Notes: a model not told the origin generated them from the sequence alone. Shown: positions 1-10,748, counted from the first letter of the stretch. The stretch: 64,000 bases of DNA from Fibrella sp. (GCA_043763995.1 JAYUKZ010000066.1:722-64721), one strand, 5' to 3'. Made by a program: numbers and translations.

Positions 1-115
1 CCACCCGAAAAAGCAGTAACGCCCCTGGGTATTTGGCTTTTACCTGGTTGAATTGCTTGTTGAGGGGCGTTTCTTTGAGGGGTTTGGCGGCAGAAGCAGC
101 GGCGGCAGATTTCAC
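1..115 (-). CDS. mutS: DNA mismatch repair protein MutS, N-terminal fragment (runs off window start)
   Basis: Manual translation from GTG at 115 gives VKSAAAASAAKPLKETPLNKQFNQVKAKYPGALLLFRVG, matching the MutS N-terminal ETPL..Q...K.KYP.ALLLFRVG(DFYE) motif; not in the ORF track. Confidence 0.88.
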   Translation of the reverse strand, partial: MKSAAAASAAKPLKETPLNKQFNQVKAKYPGALLLFRV

Positions 116-473
116 TGAGGGGCCTTGATAGTGTACACAAATTTACCCGTTTTTCGCCGGGAATGGAAATGGGTTTTGCCCACGAAACCCCCCCACCATT
201 TCAGTAGAGCCAGTGAGGAGTTGACTGTTACAATCGTTGCGATTTTAAAGAACATCCAGCGGGCGGGGGCTACCGTTGCCCAACCCACCGCCGATACGTA
301 CTTGCATTGTCCTGTCCGATTTTTTGGACACTAGTAGTTTCAGGGCGGCGGCATCCGGGCAGGTTGTTCCATTTTTGCAACCAGTCCCCAAAACTAAGCC
401 AGGTACGTTGCTGTGGGGACGAAAACGACCATAATAGCGTCCTTTGCAGTGCAGTACGTTTTCCACTTTTCTC

Positions 474-1016
474 ATGCACCTTCCCCGCAAACTGGTCCTC
501 CAGGAATTGAACCGGCTTTCTGTCGATGCGTTTAAAGCCGCCAAAAAATTTCCGTACTGCCTCGTCCTTGACGATATCCGCAGCCTCAACAACGTGGGGT
601 CGGTATTCCGCACGGCGGATGCCTTCCGGGCCGAAACGTTGTATCTGGCGGGCGTTACGGGCACCCCACCCCACCGCGACATTACCAAAACCGCCATTGG
701 GGCCACCGAATCCGTTGCCTGGCAGCACATGCCCGACATTGATGGGCTGGTGGGTACGTTGCAGGCGGCTGGGTACGTGGTGGTGGCCGTTGAGCAGGCC
801 GAGGGTAGTGTGGCCCTACCCGATTTTTGGCCCGACCCGGCGCGGCAGTATGCGTTTGTGTTGGGTAACGAAGCGCTGGGGGTGCGCAGCAGTGTGGTAG
901 AACGGGCTGATCTGGTGCTGGAAATACCACAGTTCGGCACCAAACACTCGCTTAACGTGGCCGTCACGGCGGGGGTAATCTGCTATGATTTCATCAATAA
1001 GATAACAAAAACTTAA
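474..1016 (+). CDS. SpoU/TrmH-family RNA methyltransferase
   Basis: LVLDDIRSLNNVGSVFRTADAF, FVLGNEALGV and SLNVAV SPOUT motifs; ATG at 474 preferred over the ORF start at 444. Confidence 0.9.
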   Translation: MHLPRKLVLQELNRLSVDAFKAAKKFPYCLVLDDIRSLNNVGSVFRTADAFRAETLYLAGVTGTPPHRDITKTAIGATESVAWQHMPDIDGLVGTLQAAGYVVVAVEQAEGSVALPDFWPDPARQYAFVLGNEALGVRSSVVERADLVLEIPQFGTKHSLNVAVTAGVICYDFINKITKT

Positions 1017-1079
1017 TATTGACCTTGCATTTATCCCAATTATTTCGTATTTCTTTGTAGATTTTTTTCTAACACAACC

Positions 1080-1592
1080 ATGACAGAAAACAAAAAGAAG
1101 ACTAAGCCTTCGGTGGCCCTGACCTCCGAGATCATCCATGTGGTGGAAGCCAAGCTGACAGAGGCTGGAGAGGCGACCAAAAAGATGAAAAAAGCCATCG
1201 AGAAATCGGCGGAAAAGCTTTCTAAGAAGCTGGACAAACTGGTTAGCAAAGCGACTAAGAGCAAAGCCAAGGATGCCGCGAAGGCCACCAAGAAAGCGGC
1301 TGAAAAGACCAAGAAGGATGCTACGAAAGCTGCCAAAAACCTGGCCAAGTCGGCCAAAAATGCTAAGCGTACAGTTGCCAAAAAAGCAAAAGAGGCCGTA
1401 GCCGTGGTGAAAACTCCAGTAACCGCACCCGCCAAAGCCGCTCCGCCCAAAGCGGTTGCCCCCGCCCGCGCTAAAGCCACGCCAACAGCTACCCCGCGCC
1501 CTGCCCGCACCGCCACCCCCAAAGCCGCCACCCCAAAAACAGGTACCACACCTGCCGGAACGCCGCCCGCCGAAACGCCGTCTGCCGAGTAA
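1080..1592 (+). CDS. Lys/Ala/Pro-rich histone H1-like basic protein
   Basis: 170 aa dominated by K/A/T/P (KAAEKTKK, PAKAAPPKA); followed by a terminator. Confidence 0.65.
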   Translation: MTENKKKTKPSVALTSEIIHVVEAKLTEAGEATKKMKKAIEKSAEKLSKKLDKLVSKATKSKAKDAAKATKKAAEKTKKDATKAAKNLAKSAKNAKRTVAKKAKEAVAVVKTPVTAPAKAAPPKAVAPARAKATPTATPRPARTATPKAATPKTGTTPAGTPPAETPSAE

Positions 1593-1627
1593 AAAAGTTA
1601 ATAGTGCCGCTGAGGCTGAACGAGTTA

Positions 1628-1658
1628 TACCCGCCCAAAAGGCGGGTATTTTTTTTGC
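1628..1658 (+). terminator. Rho-independent terminator
   Basis: atacccgcc-caaaa-ggcgggtat followed by a T run. Confidence 0.85.
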
Positions 1659-1763
1659 TACCCCTAAATCCTGTGTTGACGTGTGACAATAATCTATAAC
1701 TTTACGTCTACAGCCAGTTAGTAACGCTTTATACCGTTTTTAAGGGCACACTCACCGTCGCGT

Positions 1764-2657
1764 ATGCATAATATTGCTACCTATTTGCTCCGTAACTGGC
1801 ATTACGGACTATTTGTTATTGTGGCCTTTGGTCTGCTCGCCCACTACAGCGCAGAGGCTCTGAAACTAGGCTGGTACATCTGGACAGCTACCGTGGTGGT
1901 GCTCTACATCATTGGCTACTTCATCTGGCGCAACGCCCGTGAACACCAAACACCCTACGTTCAGAAGGAGGTACTCGATACCATTGTCCACGAGTTCCAA
2001 ACGCCCATCTCAGCCATCAAGATGGCGGCCGATATCCTGGCCACACCCTTTGGACAGTCGTCGGAAGCGCGGACGGAGAAATACATCCAGATCATTCAGG
2101 AGGAAACCCAACGTCTTCAACAACAGGTAGATGTGATGCTTAGCCTGGCCCGCGCCGACCGTGACCGGCTTACGCTCAGTGTAGATGCGGTGGATGTACA
2201 CCAACTGATTCAGTCTATTTCTGAGCGGCATGGCCCCTACCTTACCTTACACCTCGAAGCGAGGCAACCCATGCTCCTGGCCGACCGGATGCACCTCACT
2301 AACGTGATTCATAACCTGCTGGATAATGCTGTGAAATACAGCTCCGGCGAGCCGGAACTGACCATTCAGACTGAAGACGGTTTTGGTGGTTTGTTGGTGT
2401 GCGTAACAGACCGGGGGCTGGGAATACCAAAACACCTGCACCGAAAAATCTTCAAACCCTTCTATCGCGTCAGCGAGAACGACCGGAGTAGCGTGAAAGG
2501 ATTTGGCCTGGGCCTGACCTATGTGCAGCGAATTGTGCAGGCCCATGCCTGGCATCTGGACGTGGTGAGCGAGGTAGGAAAAGGTAGCGAGTTCAGAATT
2601 AGATGCCCGCAGGATTCGCTGGCGTTGCCGGCCAAGTTGGTAGCAACTAATGCCTGA
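1764..2657 (+). CDS. Orphan sensor histidine kinase with minimal membrane sensor
   Basis: H-box VHEFQTPISAI, N-box NLLDNAVKYS, G1 DRGLGI, G2 GFGLGL; two N-terminal hydrophobic segments. Confidence 0.9.
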   Translation: MHNIATYLLRNWHYGLFVIVAFGLLAHYSAEALKLGWYIWTATVVVLYIIGYFIWRNAREHQTPYVQKEVLDTIVHEFQTPISAIKMAADILATPFGQSSEARTEKYIQIIQEETQRLQQQVDVMLSLARADRDRLTLSVDAVDVHQLIQSISERHGPYLTLHLEARQPMLLADRMHLTNVIHNLLDNAVKYSSGEPELTIQTEDGFGGLLVCVTDRGLGIPKHLHRKIFKPFYRVSENDRSSVKGFGLGLTYVQRIVQAHAWHLDVVSEVGKGSEFRIRCPQDSLALPAKLVATNA

Positions 2658-2708
2658 TCGTCAGAACCAAGAAAGACCATTCTACCGGCCTTTCTTGGTT
2701 CTGACGAT
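2657..2708. terminator. 19-bp perfect inverted repeat between convergent genes (probable bidirectional terminator)
   Basis: atcgtcagaaccaagaaag (2657-2675) / ctttcttggttctgacgat (2690-2708). Confidence 0.6.
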
Positions 2709-2728
2709 TAAACGTCAACGCTCCCGGT

Positions 2729-3601
2729 TTAATGGGCGGGTTGGTCCAAAAAAGCCAGCAAATCCTGGTTCAACCGATCTTTTGCCGTGATATACAGCCC
2801 GTGTGGTTCACCCTTATACACGGTGTAGGTTGCCTGGGGTAGTAGTTTGTGGGTTTTCTCGCCCGATGCTTCCAGCGGAACAGTCTGGTCAGCATCGCCG
2901 TGAATGATAAGCACAGGTACGTTGATGGCCCGCACATCGGTGCGAAAATCAGTAGCCGAAAACGCCCGTGCACAGTCCAGAGTAGCTTTGGGCGAAGCCA
3001 GCGAAGCCAGTAGCGTGTCGTGGTTGAGGTGCGCCTGACTGACGGGATGGCTAATGAGGCTAACTCCGTAAAACTGCTTGCCGAACGATTCCAGAAACGC
3101 AAACCGGTCCTTTTCAATGTCGGTCAGCATCCCGTCGAAAACCTCCTGGGGTACGCCGTCTTCGTTGTCGTTGGTTTTCAACATGAAAGGTGTAACAGAA
3201 CTAATCAGCACAACTTTGGTGACATTAGCCCCGCCGTGGTGGCCAAAATACCGCGCCACCTCGCCGCCACCCATCGAGAAACCTACCAGCACCACGTTGG
3301 TCAGGGCCAGTTCGTCGATCACCGCTTTCAGGTCGTCGGCGAAAGTGTCGTAGTCGTAGCCGCCCCAGGGTTTTGATGATTTTCCGAACCCCCGCCGGTC
3401 ATAGGCCACGCACCGAAACCCGCGTTCGGCAAAAAATAGGGTCTGGTTGTCCCACATTTCGTGGCTCAGAGGCCAGCCGTGGATGAATACGAGCGTAGGC
3501 TGAGTGTTGGTGGTGCCAGCGGCAGCGTTTCCCTGCAAATCCTGGTAGAACAGGCTGACGGGTTCGCCAAAACGGGTATCGTTGGTTTGAACGTAAGGCA
3601 T
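2729..3601 (-). CDS. Alpha/beta hydrolase (non-heme chloroperoxidase/arylesterase type)
   Basis: FIHGWPLS, YDRRGFGKSS, nucleophile GFSMGGG, HGDADQTVP, EPHG; start MPYVQ at 3601. Confidence 0.9.
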   Translation of the reverse strand: MPYVQTNDTRFGEPVSLFYQDLQGNAAAGTTNTQPTLVFIHGWPLSHEMWDNQTLFFAERGFRCVAYDRRGFGKSSKPWGGYDYDTFADDLKAVIDELALTNVVLVGFSMGGGEVARYFGHHGGANVTKVVLISSVTPFMLKTNDNEDGVPQEVFDGMLTDIEKDRFAFLESFGKQFYGVSLISHPVSQAHLNHDTLLASLASPKATLDCARAFSATDFRTDVRAINVPVLIIHGDADQTVPLEASGEKTHKLLPQATYTVYKGEPHGLYITAKDRLNQDLLAFLDQPAH

Positions 3602-3726
3602 AACGTATAATTGGTTTTTTGAAAGGCTACAAACCAGATGTAGCCAGTAGGTTAACCAACTACGCAGCACATGGGCAAGCCGGATGTGAATCCTTTATTT
3701 AACGGTAAAAACCAGGCCCTGCCGCC

Positions 3727-4506
3727 CTATCTCGGCCCCATCCTGATGGCCCCGTCCAGCCGAATTACCTCGCCGTTCAGCATGGGGTTTTCCACAATGC
3801 TGCGGGCCAGCATCCCGAACTCGGCGGGGTGGCCCAGCCGCGACGGAAACGGCACCTGCTGCCCCAGCGAGCGGCGGGCTTCTTCAGGCAAACCCGCCAG
3901 CAGCGGGGTCTCGAACAGCCCCGGCGCAATGGTCATTACCCGAATACCAAGTCCGGCCAGATCGCGGGCCAGGGGGAGGGTCATGCCCACAATGGCCCCT
4001 TTTGAGGCTGAGTAGGCCACTTGCCCAATCTGCCCGTCGTAGGCCGCCACTGAGGCCGTGTTGATGAGCACACCGCGTTCGCCCCCGGCGTTGGGCGTGT
4101 TTTTCTCCATGGCAAACGCCGCCAGCCGCACCACGTTGAACGTACCCAACAGGTTTATTTCGATGGTTTTGCGGAACGCGTCCAGACTGTGGGGGCCATA
4201 TTCGCCATTTACCTTGCCCAGTGTTTTGCGGGCTTCGGCAATGCCCGCGCAGTTTACGGCAATGTGCAAGGCACCAAACCGGCTCAGAGCCAGGTCAATA
4301 GCCTGTTGCACGTCGTGTTCGTTTACCACGTTGGTGAGGGCAAAGGTGGCCCGGTCGCCCAGTTCTGTCACCAGCGTGTTGCCCCGGTCCTGATTCAGGT
4401 CGGCAATGACTACGTTGGCTCCGGCGGCGTGGAAGACCCGCACCGTGGCTTCGCCCAGCCCGGAGGCTCCGCCCGTGATGAGGGCTGTGGTTTGGTGAAG
4501 ATTCAT
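3727..4506 (-). CDS. SDR-family 3-hydroxyacyl-CoA dehydrogenase (HSD17B10-like)
   Basis: [50 protein letters not shown]. Confidence 0.92.
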   Translation of the reverse strand: MNLHQTTALITGGASGLGEATVRVFHAAGANVVIADLNQDRGNTLVTELGDRATFALTNVVNEHDVQQAIDLALSRFGALHIAVNCAGIAEARKTLGKVNGEYGPHSLDAFRKTIEINLLGTFNVVRLAAFAMEKNTPNAGGERGVLINTASVAAYDGQIGQVAYSASKGAIVGMTLPLARDLAGLGIRVMTIAPGLFETPLLAGLPEEARRSLGQQVPFPSRLGHPAEFGMLARSIVENPMLNGEVIRLDGAIRMGPR

Positions 4507-4532
4507 AGAAAACGGTTGGCTGTTAGTTGGTT

Positions 4533-6581
4533 TCAGTTTACTGGTAAAAATAGCACGGCATCGGCCACGGTGGGCTGCTTGGCTTCGGTAGCCGTAATTT
4601 CTACGAAGGGTGCGGCCCCTGTCTTTACCACATACGTACCCAGGTTAAGCCAGTCGTTGTTATGAAGTTGCTGATTGACAGATACTTTCCAATTTTTTCC
4701 TCCGTCGAAAATACGTACCTGAACCGCTTCGGCCTTGTCGGTCTGCACTCCAACCTGATCGGGGTTGCCGCCGCCGCCCTGCCGCGTGGGGTTGTAGAGC
4801 AGCACCCGATAGCGGCCCGGCAACAGGCCCGCCGCCGTGAACCGCACCGCTCCCGTGCCCGCGCTGACCAACGCCGAGGTGCCGTATTTGCCGCCCTTCA
4901 TAACGCGCTCCCACGTACCTGTGGTTTGAACGGCTTTGCTGTCGTCGTTATCCAAAAGGCGTTCAGGTCGGCTTCCGTTCAGCATTGGGTTGTTGCGCAG
5001 GGTACGTTGTAGTTGTGCTATGTCAATTCGCTGTACCGTCACGTTTTGGTCGATGGCCTGTGCCGCTGCCATTGCCGCGCTTTGGGCCAGCACCATAAAC
5101 ACCGGTTCCATACGGATGCTGCCGTAGGCAATGTGGCTCGCCGAGAGGCACACCGGTACCAGCAGGTTGCTGATTTCGCGCGTTTTGGGCACCAACGCCC
5201 GGTAGCTGATGGGGTACGGCCCGAAGCCCCCCACCTGCACGTCGCCCTCATTTTGCACCGTTGGCACACCGGTTGCGTTGCGCACCACCAGCCGCTGGCA
5301 ATTGTGCGAATCCATGGTGTAGGCGGCCATCCCGATGCCGTCAGGTACGTTCAGGCTGCCCTCGCAGTTAGCCTGCGTCATTACGTATTCGCCCACCATG
5401 CGCCGGGCTTCGCGGATATACAGTTGGTGCGAAAAATGCTGATTATCAGCGTATTCGTCTTTCGGATAGCCCCAGCGAAGCATCTCGTTGCGGAGATGAA
5501 GGGGCATTCGCGGGTCGTGGCCGATGAAATAAAACAACCCTTTGGTATAATCCTCGTGCGCCCGGATAATCTGCGCCCGTTCGGCATACGAAGCCTCTGG
5601 GTACGTATGATTGGCCCCGATCATATCGGTCGAGAAGCCGCCGCAGTTATTGATGTCGGTTTTGCGGTTGGGCATCGCCACAAAGTGCATCAGGTTCCAG
5701 GTTAGTTCGGTGGCTGCTTTTTGCCGAAGTTGCCGCAACAGCAATTCATATTTCGTGGAATCGTAGCGGTCGGGGCGGGCAATGGGCACCCGGTTGGCCG
5801 GATCGTCGGTGAGGCACATCCGGTAGTTGTAGGCCTGAACGGCCCGGTCGCCGGTACCGTTGGGGGGCAATGTATCGGAGCCGATGCCCCACAGCAGCCC
5901 CGATTCGGGGTGGCCAGGTACGTTGTAGGGGTCAACCCCGTCAGGGAATTGGTGTTTGTTGTGGTGTTGAACGCCATTCCAGGTTTCGCCGTATTGGGCG
6001 TTGGCTTCGCGGCCCACGGCGTAGCTCACGCCCGCCTGTGCCATTAGGTCGCCCTCATACGAGCAATCGATAAACTGTTTGGCCCGGACGGCGCGGCTCT
6101 CCGCTCCCCCACTTGCCGGTTCGAGGGTGATGGCCGTGAGGCGGTCGCCGGTTTTTTGCACGGCCCGGAGGCGGTAGTTCATCAGCGGCGTGATTTTCGC
6201 TTCGCGCAGGTACGTTCGGAAGACATTTTCGGCTACATGCGGCTCAAACGTCCACTGCTCCAGATGGCCGTACTGGGTGCCGATGCGCCGGTAAAAGTCC
6301 CGCGCCAGGCCCGTCACGGCCATTTTATTGCCAATGTCGGTGGCTCCCAGCCCGCCCGCGCTCAGCCCGCCCAGGTGGTTTCCAGGTTCAATAAGTACCA
6401 CCGTTTTGCCCAACCGGCTGGCCGAGACCGCCGCCATTACCCCTGCCGACGTGCCGCCATACACGCAGATATCGACCATAATGGGCTGGGCGTGAAGGGG
6501 GAAGGAGAAGAGGAAGGAAAGGAGGAAGGAGGGGAGGGGGAAGGAGGAAAAGGGGGGTAGGAGGGGAAGGAAACGTTTCAT
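4533..6581 (-). CDS. Secreted FAD-dependent oxidoreductase with C-terminal golvesin/xanthan-lyase-like domain
   Basis: Signal peptide; [15 protein letters not shown]; [12 protein letters not shown]; [10 protein letters not shown]; C-terminal ADAVLF. Confidence 0.8.
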   Translation of the reverse strand: MKRFLPLLPPFSSFPLPSFLLSFLFSFPLHAQPIMVDICVYGGTSAGVMAAVSASRLGKTVVLIEPGNHLGGLSAGGLGATDIGNKMAVTGLARDFYRRIGTQYGHLEQWTFEPHVAENVFRTYLREAKITPLMNYRLRAVQKTGDRLTAITLEPASGGAESRAVRAKQFIDCSYEGDLMAQAGVSYAVGREANAQYGETWNGVQHHNKHQFPDGVDPYNVPGHPESGLLWGIGSDTLPPNGTGDRAVQAYNYRMCLTDDPANRVPIARPDRYDSTKYELLLRQLRQKAATELTWNLMHFVAMPNRKTDINNCGGFSTDMIGANHTYPEASYAERAQIIRAHEDYTKGLFYFIGHDPRMPLHLRNEMLRWGYPKDEYADNQHFSHQLYIREARRMVGEYVMTQANCEGSLNVPDGIGMAAYTMDSHNCQRLVVRNATGVPTVQNEGDVQVGGFGPYPISYRALVPKTREISNLLVPVCLSASHIAYGSIRMEPVFMVLAQSAAMAAAQAIDQNVTVQRIDIAQLQRTLRNNPMLNGSRPERLLDNDDSKAVQTTGTWERVMKGGKYGTSALVSAGTGAVRFTAAGLLPGRYRVLLYNPTRQGGGGNPDQVGVQTDKAEAVQVRIFDGGKNWKVSVNQQLHNNDWLNLGTYVVKTGAAPFVEITATEAKQPTVADAVLFLPVN

Positions 6582-6592
6582 GGAGTTGGGCC

Positions 6593-7282
6593 TTACAAAA
6601 TGTGCATTGCTTCCCGCCAGTGGGCAATGGTGTAGGTGGCTGGTTCGGGTGTGGTTTCGCCGCTGGGGTTGTAGAAAACCGTGTCCAGCCCCACGGCTTT
6701 GGCCCCCAGAATATCGGCTTCGTAATTGTCGCCCAGCATCAGGCTTTGGCTTGCCGTGGCGTTGCTTTCCCGGAGGGCATACCCGAAAATACGCGGGTCA
6801 GGTTTTTTAGCATTGGCCGATTCGGTCGTGACCACCAGATCGAAATAATGGTCAATCTCCGACGAAGCCATCTTAACCCCTTGAATGTCAGCAAATCCGT
6901 TGGTGATGATGTGCATCGTGTACCGGCCTTTAAGGTGCTCCAGCACCTCGCGGGCCGACTCCAGGAGGTGGGTTTTTCGGGGCAATAGCCGCAGGTATTC
7001 GGTGTTGAGGTCGGCGCAGCCCGTGGTGTCAGTTACGCCCAATGCCCGCAGCACCATCGGGAAACGGTGTTCGCGGATGTACTCGTGCCCGATCCGGTTT
7101 TGGTCGTAATCGCGCCAGAGTTGGCGGTTGATACGGATAAACTCCTGGGCAAAGATTGCTGCTGACACCACGCCCCGGTCGGCCAGGCGGTGGGTGTCAA
7201 ACAGTTCGGCAATCGATTCGGATGAGTTGCGGTCGAAATCCCAGAGCGTGTGGTCGAGGTCGAAAAAAAGGTGTTTATACAT
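6593..7282 (-). CDS. YjjG-family HAD nucleotidase
   Basis: FFDLDHTLWDF, ITNGF, KKPDPRIF, MLGDNYEADILGA. Confidence 0.9.
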   Translation of the reverse strand: MYKHLFFDLDHTLWDFDRNSSESIAELFDTHRLADRGVVSAAIFAQEFIRINRQLWRDYDQNRIGHEYIREHRFPMVLRALGVTDTTGCADLNTEYLRLLPRKTHLLESAREVLEHLKGRYTMHIITNGFADIQGVKMASSEIDHYFDLVVTTESANAKKPDPRIFGYALRESNATASQSLMLGDNYEADILGAKAVGLDTVFYNPSGETTPEPATYTIAHWREAMHIL

Positions 7283-7303
7283 ACCAGGTTCCGGGGGCGG
7301 GGG

Positions 7304-7609
7304 TCAGAACTTAATCTCCAGCCGGTCTACTACTTCGTTGTTGACCACGTGTTTCTCTACCAGTTCAGCCACATCGGTCACTTGCACGTTGCCGTAGTAA
7401 GTGCCTTCGGGGTAAATAACCAGCGTGGGGCCGGAGCCACAGGCATCCAGGCAACCCGCCCGTTGCGCCCGTACTTCCTTTTGCAGCCCGCGTTGGGTCA
7501 GTTCCTGCTTAAAGGCATCGAGCAGGGCGGCACCGTGCTCGGCTCCGCACGATTTTTTGGGCGATTCTTTCTGATTCGTACAGACAAATATGTGCTTACT
7601 GAATTTCAT
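7304..7609 (-). CDS. Thioredoxin-like (2Fe-2S) ferredoxin
   Basis: HIFVCTN..C, GCLDACGSGPTLVIYPEG. Confidence 0.88.
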   Translation of the reverse strand: MKFSKHIFVCTNQKESPKKSCGAEHGAALLDAFKQELTQRGLQKEVRAQRAGCLDACGSGPTLVIYPEGTYYGNVQVTDVAELVEKHVVNNEVVDRLEIKF

Positions 7610-7939
7610 TCGGGTTGGAGCCTCGGCCCTGTTTGGTTGTTAGGCGAAGGTAAGCCAGGGAGGGCAATTAAACGGTCGCAACGAAAAGCCGTCTAATAAA
7701 TTGAGCGGTGTATACATCCCTTTTACCGCAACCTGCGTATATTTTGGTACGATATTGGTAGCAGTTTGTACAAAAAGGGCAGGACTACCTGCTAAGGCTA
7801 CAAAAAGTTACGTCAGTGGCTTGCAAACTATCCTCAGATTTTGTTACTTTGACTTTCGGTTTTCTCTATCAATACAAATTCTTAACCCGGACACACACTA
7901 TCGGCGAAACCCTCTACGTTACCTAATTGTCTTTCTGAA

Positions 7940-8539
7940 ATGGAAAAAGCCCAGGTTAACGACAGCGAGCTAATTTCGTCGTACATCCGTGGTAGTGAGA
8001 AAGCCTTCGAAAAGCTGGTTCTTCGGCACAAAAACAAGGTCTTTACAACCATCTACTTGATTGTTAAAGATCAGTATATTGCCGAGGATCTCTTGCAGGA
8101 TACCTTCATTAAGGCGGTTGACACCATCCGGTCGGGCCGCTACAATGAAGAAGGCAAGTTTCTTCCCTGGATTGTGCGCATCGCCCACAATTTGGCCATC
8201 GACTATTTCCGGCGAGATAAACGCTACCCCAACGTAGTGTTTGAAGACGGAAGCACCGTGTTTAACACGCTCGAATTTGCCGAAGACTCTGTGGAGGCCG
8301 TGCAGATCAGGCGGGAAACGCACGAACACCTGCGCGAACTTATTCAACGGTTGCCGGAGCAACAGCGTCAGGTACTGATTATGCGGCACTACGAGGAAAT
8401 GAGTTTCCAGGAGATTGCCGATGCAACCGGAGTCAGCATTAACACCGCTTTGGGACGTATGCGTTATGCACTTATAAACCTGCGCAAGCAGCTAAGCAAA
8501 CGTCCTGTAAGCTATGACAAAAACGTTTACCCAAGATGA
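7940..8539 (+). CDS. ECF RNA polymerase sigma factor
   Basis: AFEKLVLRH, AEDLLQDTFIKA, WIVRIAHNLAIDYFR, LPEQQRQVLIMRHYEEMSFQEIA. Confidence 0.93.
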   Translation: MEKAQVNDSELISSYIRGSEKAFEKLVLRHKNKVFTTIYLIVKDQYIAEDLLQDTFIKAVDTIRSGRYNEEGKFLPWIVRIAHNLAIDYFRRDKRYPNVVFEDGSTVFNTLEFAEDSVEAVQIRRETHEHLRELIQRLPEQQRQVLIMRHYEEMSFQEIADATGVSINTALGRMRYALINLRKQLSKRPVSYDKNVYPR

Positions 8540-8768
8540 CGTAGTTCGGTACGTCTACGAGGAAACCTCAGACGAGGAAAACCTGCTGATTGAAGAAGCT
8601 CTGATGAGCAATCAGCCATTGATGGGCTTCTTTTTGGATGCTCTGGAACTACGGGCGTTGATGAACAAGATCGAACGGGCACCCCGCCCCGCCACCATCA
8701 ACGCCATTTTGTCCTACGCCAGTTACCAGTCCAATTCGCCCCTGCACACCTCCGGTGGCGTGTTCTAG
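8514..8768 (+). CDS. Small protein overlapping the ECF gene; possible anti-sigma-like partner
   Basis: 84 aa ORF overlapping the sigma stop codon; LVRYVY.E...EE..IE pattern resembles anti-sigma N-termini (inference). Confidence 0.65.
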   Translation: MTKTFTQDDVVRYVYEETSDEENLLIEEALMSNQPLMGFFLDALELRALMNKIERAPRPATINAILSYASYQSNSPLHTSGGVF

Positions 8769-8793
8769 TTCACTTCTCAGCCTATTCTGCATC

Positions 8794-10374
8794 ATGCGTG
8801 TCAATACCAGTCGGTGGTCTCTGTTGGGGGCCACCGTATTTTTTTTCGGCCTGTCAGGTACGTTACCGGCATCAGCCCAATTGCGCAAAACCGCACGGGC
8901 GGTGGCGACCATCACCGCTGTAGCCCCGCCCTTGCCCGAAGCCCGGCTCACCAGCCAGGAATTGGAAGCACACCTGCGGTTTCTGGCCTCCGACGAGTTA
9001 CAAGGTCGCCGCACGGGTTCGGTTGGCAACCGCGTAGCCGCCCGGTATCTGGCCGAGCAGTTCCGGCTGTTGGGCCTCATACCCGCCACTGGCAAGGGTA
9101 GCAGCACCAACGAAACCGCCGCGCCTTTCTTCCAGCCGGTGGGGTTGCAACGTACCCAGCCCGTGGCCACGGGTAGCCTCCGGTTCGGGGCCGACTCGGT
9201 GCTGGTAGGCAACCAGTTTGTGGTGGTGGCCGGTGGGGCCACCACCCGCACCGCCCCCGGCGTGTATGTGGGCTACGGCCTCACGCCCGACGAGTATGCC
9301 AACAAAGATGTGACGGGTAAGTTTGTCATCACGCAGGCCGGGTCGGCAGAGGCCAGAACCCCCCGCGAATTGCTGGCCACGGCGAGTGCCAAACGACAAC
9401 TGGCAGCCGAACGCGGGGCCGTTGGCCTGATTGAATTAGTGGCTTCGCCCACGGTTCCGTGGCCGTTTGTGAGCCGCTATTTTTCCAGCGAACAAATCAC
9501 GCTGACCCCCTCAGGGCAGACCAACCAGCCCGCGTTGCCCCACCTATGGGCCGACAACGGCAAGGGACAACTGGCAACGTTGAAAAACGGTAATCCCATC
9601 ACCCTCCGCATGTCGGGCCGGGTGGTAGAGCCGGTTAACACCGCCAACGTAGCCGGAATTATTGAGGGAACAGACCCGGTGTTGAAAAATGAATATGTGC
9701 TTTTAACGGCTCACTATGACCACATTGGCGTGGGTAAGCAGGGCGGCAATCCGGTTACGGCCACAGACACCATTTTCAACGGTGCCCGCGACAATGGCAT
9801 GGGCACGGTGGGTTTGCTGGCGGCGGCTAAGTCACTGATAGCCAGTCGACCCCGCCGGTCGGTGCTGGTGGTGGCCTACACGGGGGAAGAAGTGGGCCTG
9901 TTGGGTAGCCGCTTCTATGCCGACCACCCGTTGGTACCGCTCAACCAAACCATCTTCAATTTCAACATAGACGGGGCGGGCTACAACGACACCACGCTCA
10001 TTTCGGTCATTGGCCTGGACAGAACCGGTGCCCGCGCCGAAATTGAGCAAGCTGCCGCAGCCTTCGGCCTAACGGTTTTTGCCGACCCTGCCCCGGAGCA
10101 GGGCCTTTTCGACCGGTCGGATAATGTGAGTCTGGCCGCCAAAGGCATCCCCGCGCCCACGCTGTCGGAAGGGTTTAAAGCGTTTGATGAGGAATTGATG
10201 AAAAACTACCATCAGGTGTCAGACAATCCCGACACCATCGATTATGCGTATCTGCATCGGTTTTGCCAGGCATACGCCCGTGCCGCCCGCCTCATTGCCG
10301 ACCGCCCCACGCGCCCGTTCTGGGTACCGGGCGACAAGTATGAAGCAGCCGGTAAGGCCCTGTATGGCCGCTAA
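8794..10374 (+). CDS. M28-family zinc peptidase, secreted
   Basis: LRFLASDELQGR, TAHYDHIG, NGARDNGMG, TGEEVGLLGS, RSDN, YHQVSD. Confidence 0.9.
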   Translation: MRVNTSRWSLLGATVFFFGLSGTLPASAQLRKTARAVATITAVAPPLPEARLTSQELEAHLRFLASDELQGRRTGSVGNRVAARYLAEQFRLLGLIPATGKGSSTNETAAPFFQPVGLQRTQPVATGSLRFGADSVLVGNQFVVVAGGATTRTAPGVYVGYGLTPDEYANKDVTGKFVITQAGSAEARTPRELLATASAKRQLAAERGAVGLIELVASPTVPWPFVSRYFSSEQITLTPSGQTNQPALPHLWADNGKGQLATLKNGNPITLRMSGRVVEPVNTANVAGIIEGTDPVLKNEYVLLTAHYDHIGVGKQGGNPVTATDTIFNGARDNGMGTVGLLAAAKSLIASRPRRSVLVVAYTGEEVGLLGSRFYADHPLVPLNQTIFNFNIDGAGYNDTTLISVIGLDRTGARAEIEQAAAAFGLTVFADPAPEQGLFDRSDNVSLAAKGIPAPTLSEGFKAFDEELMKNYHQVSDNPDTIDYAYLHRFCQAYARAARLIADRPTRPFWVPGDKYEAAGKALYGR

Positions 10375-10423
10375 ACTAAACACGTTACAGGTACGTTATA
10401 CCCCGTAAAAACCAGCGAATCCT

Positions 10424-10657
10424 ATGCTGTTCAAGATCGTTTTTTTTCTGGTGTTTGTCATTGCTTTTGTACCGCCCGTGCGCCGGTTTGTGTTCTATCT
10501 GCTGGTGGGTCGGCAGTTGGTGAAAGCCCAGAAACGAGCCACCCAACCCAACAGGCCGGTGCGGGATGGCGAGACGGTAGTACAGAAAAAATCAACCAAC
10601 ACCGGCCCCTCGCCCCAGCAAAGTGGTGAATACGTTGATTATGAAGAAGTAAACTGA
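10424..10657 (+). CDS. Small membrane protein (DUF4834-like)
   Basis: N-terminal TM segment and C-terminal GEYVDYEEV, recalled as typical of this Bacteroidota family. Confidence 0.65.
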   Translation: MLFKIVFFLVFVIAFVPPVRRFVFYLLVGRQLVKAQKRATQPNRPVRDGETVVQKKSTNTGPSPQQSGEYVDYEEVN

Positions 10658-10748
10658 TTTGGGATTTGGGATTTCGGATTTGTGTAATCCTTCCGAAACT
10701 CCCGACAAGCATTTTTTTACATCCCCAATCCGACATCCCCAATCCCCC
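10656..10748. repeat. Heptamer short tandem repeats with inverted arm
   Basis: gatttgg gatttgg gatttcg gatttg ... acatccccaatccg acatccccaatcc. Confidence 0.7.
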
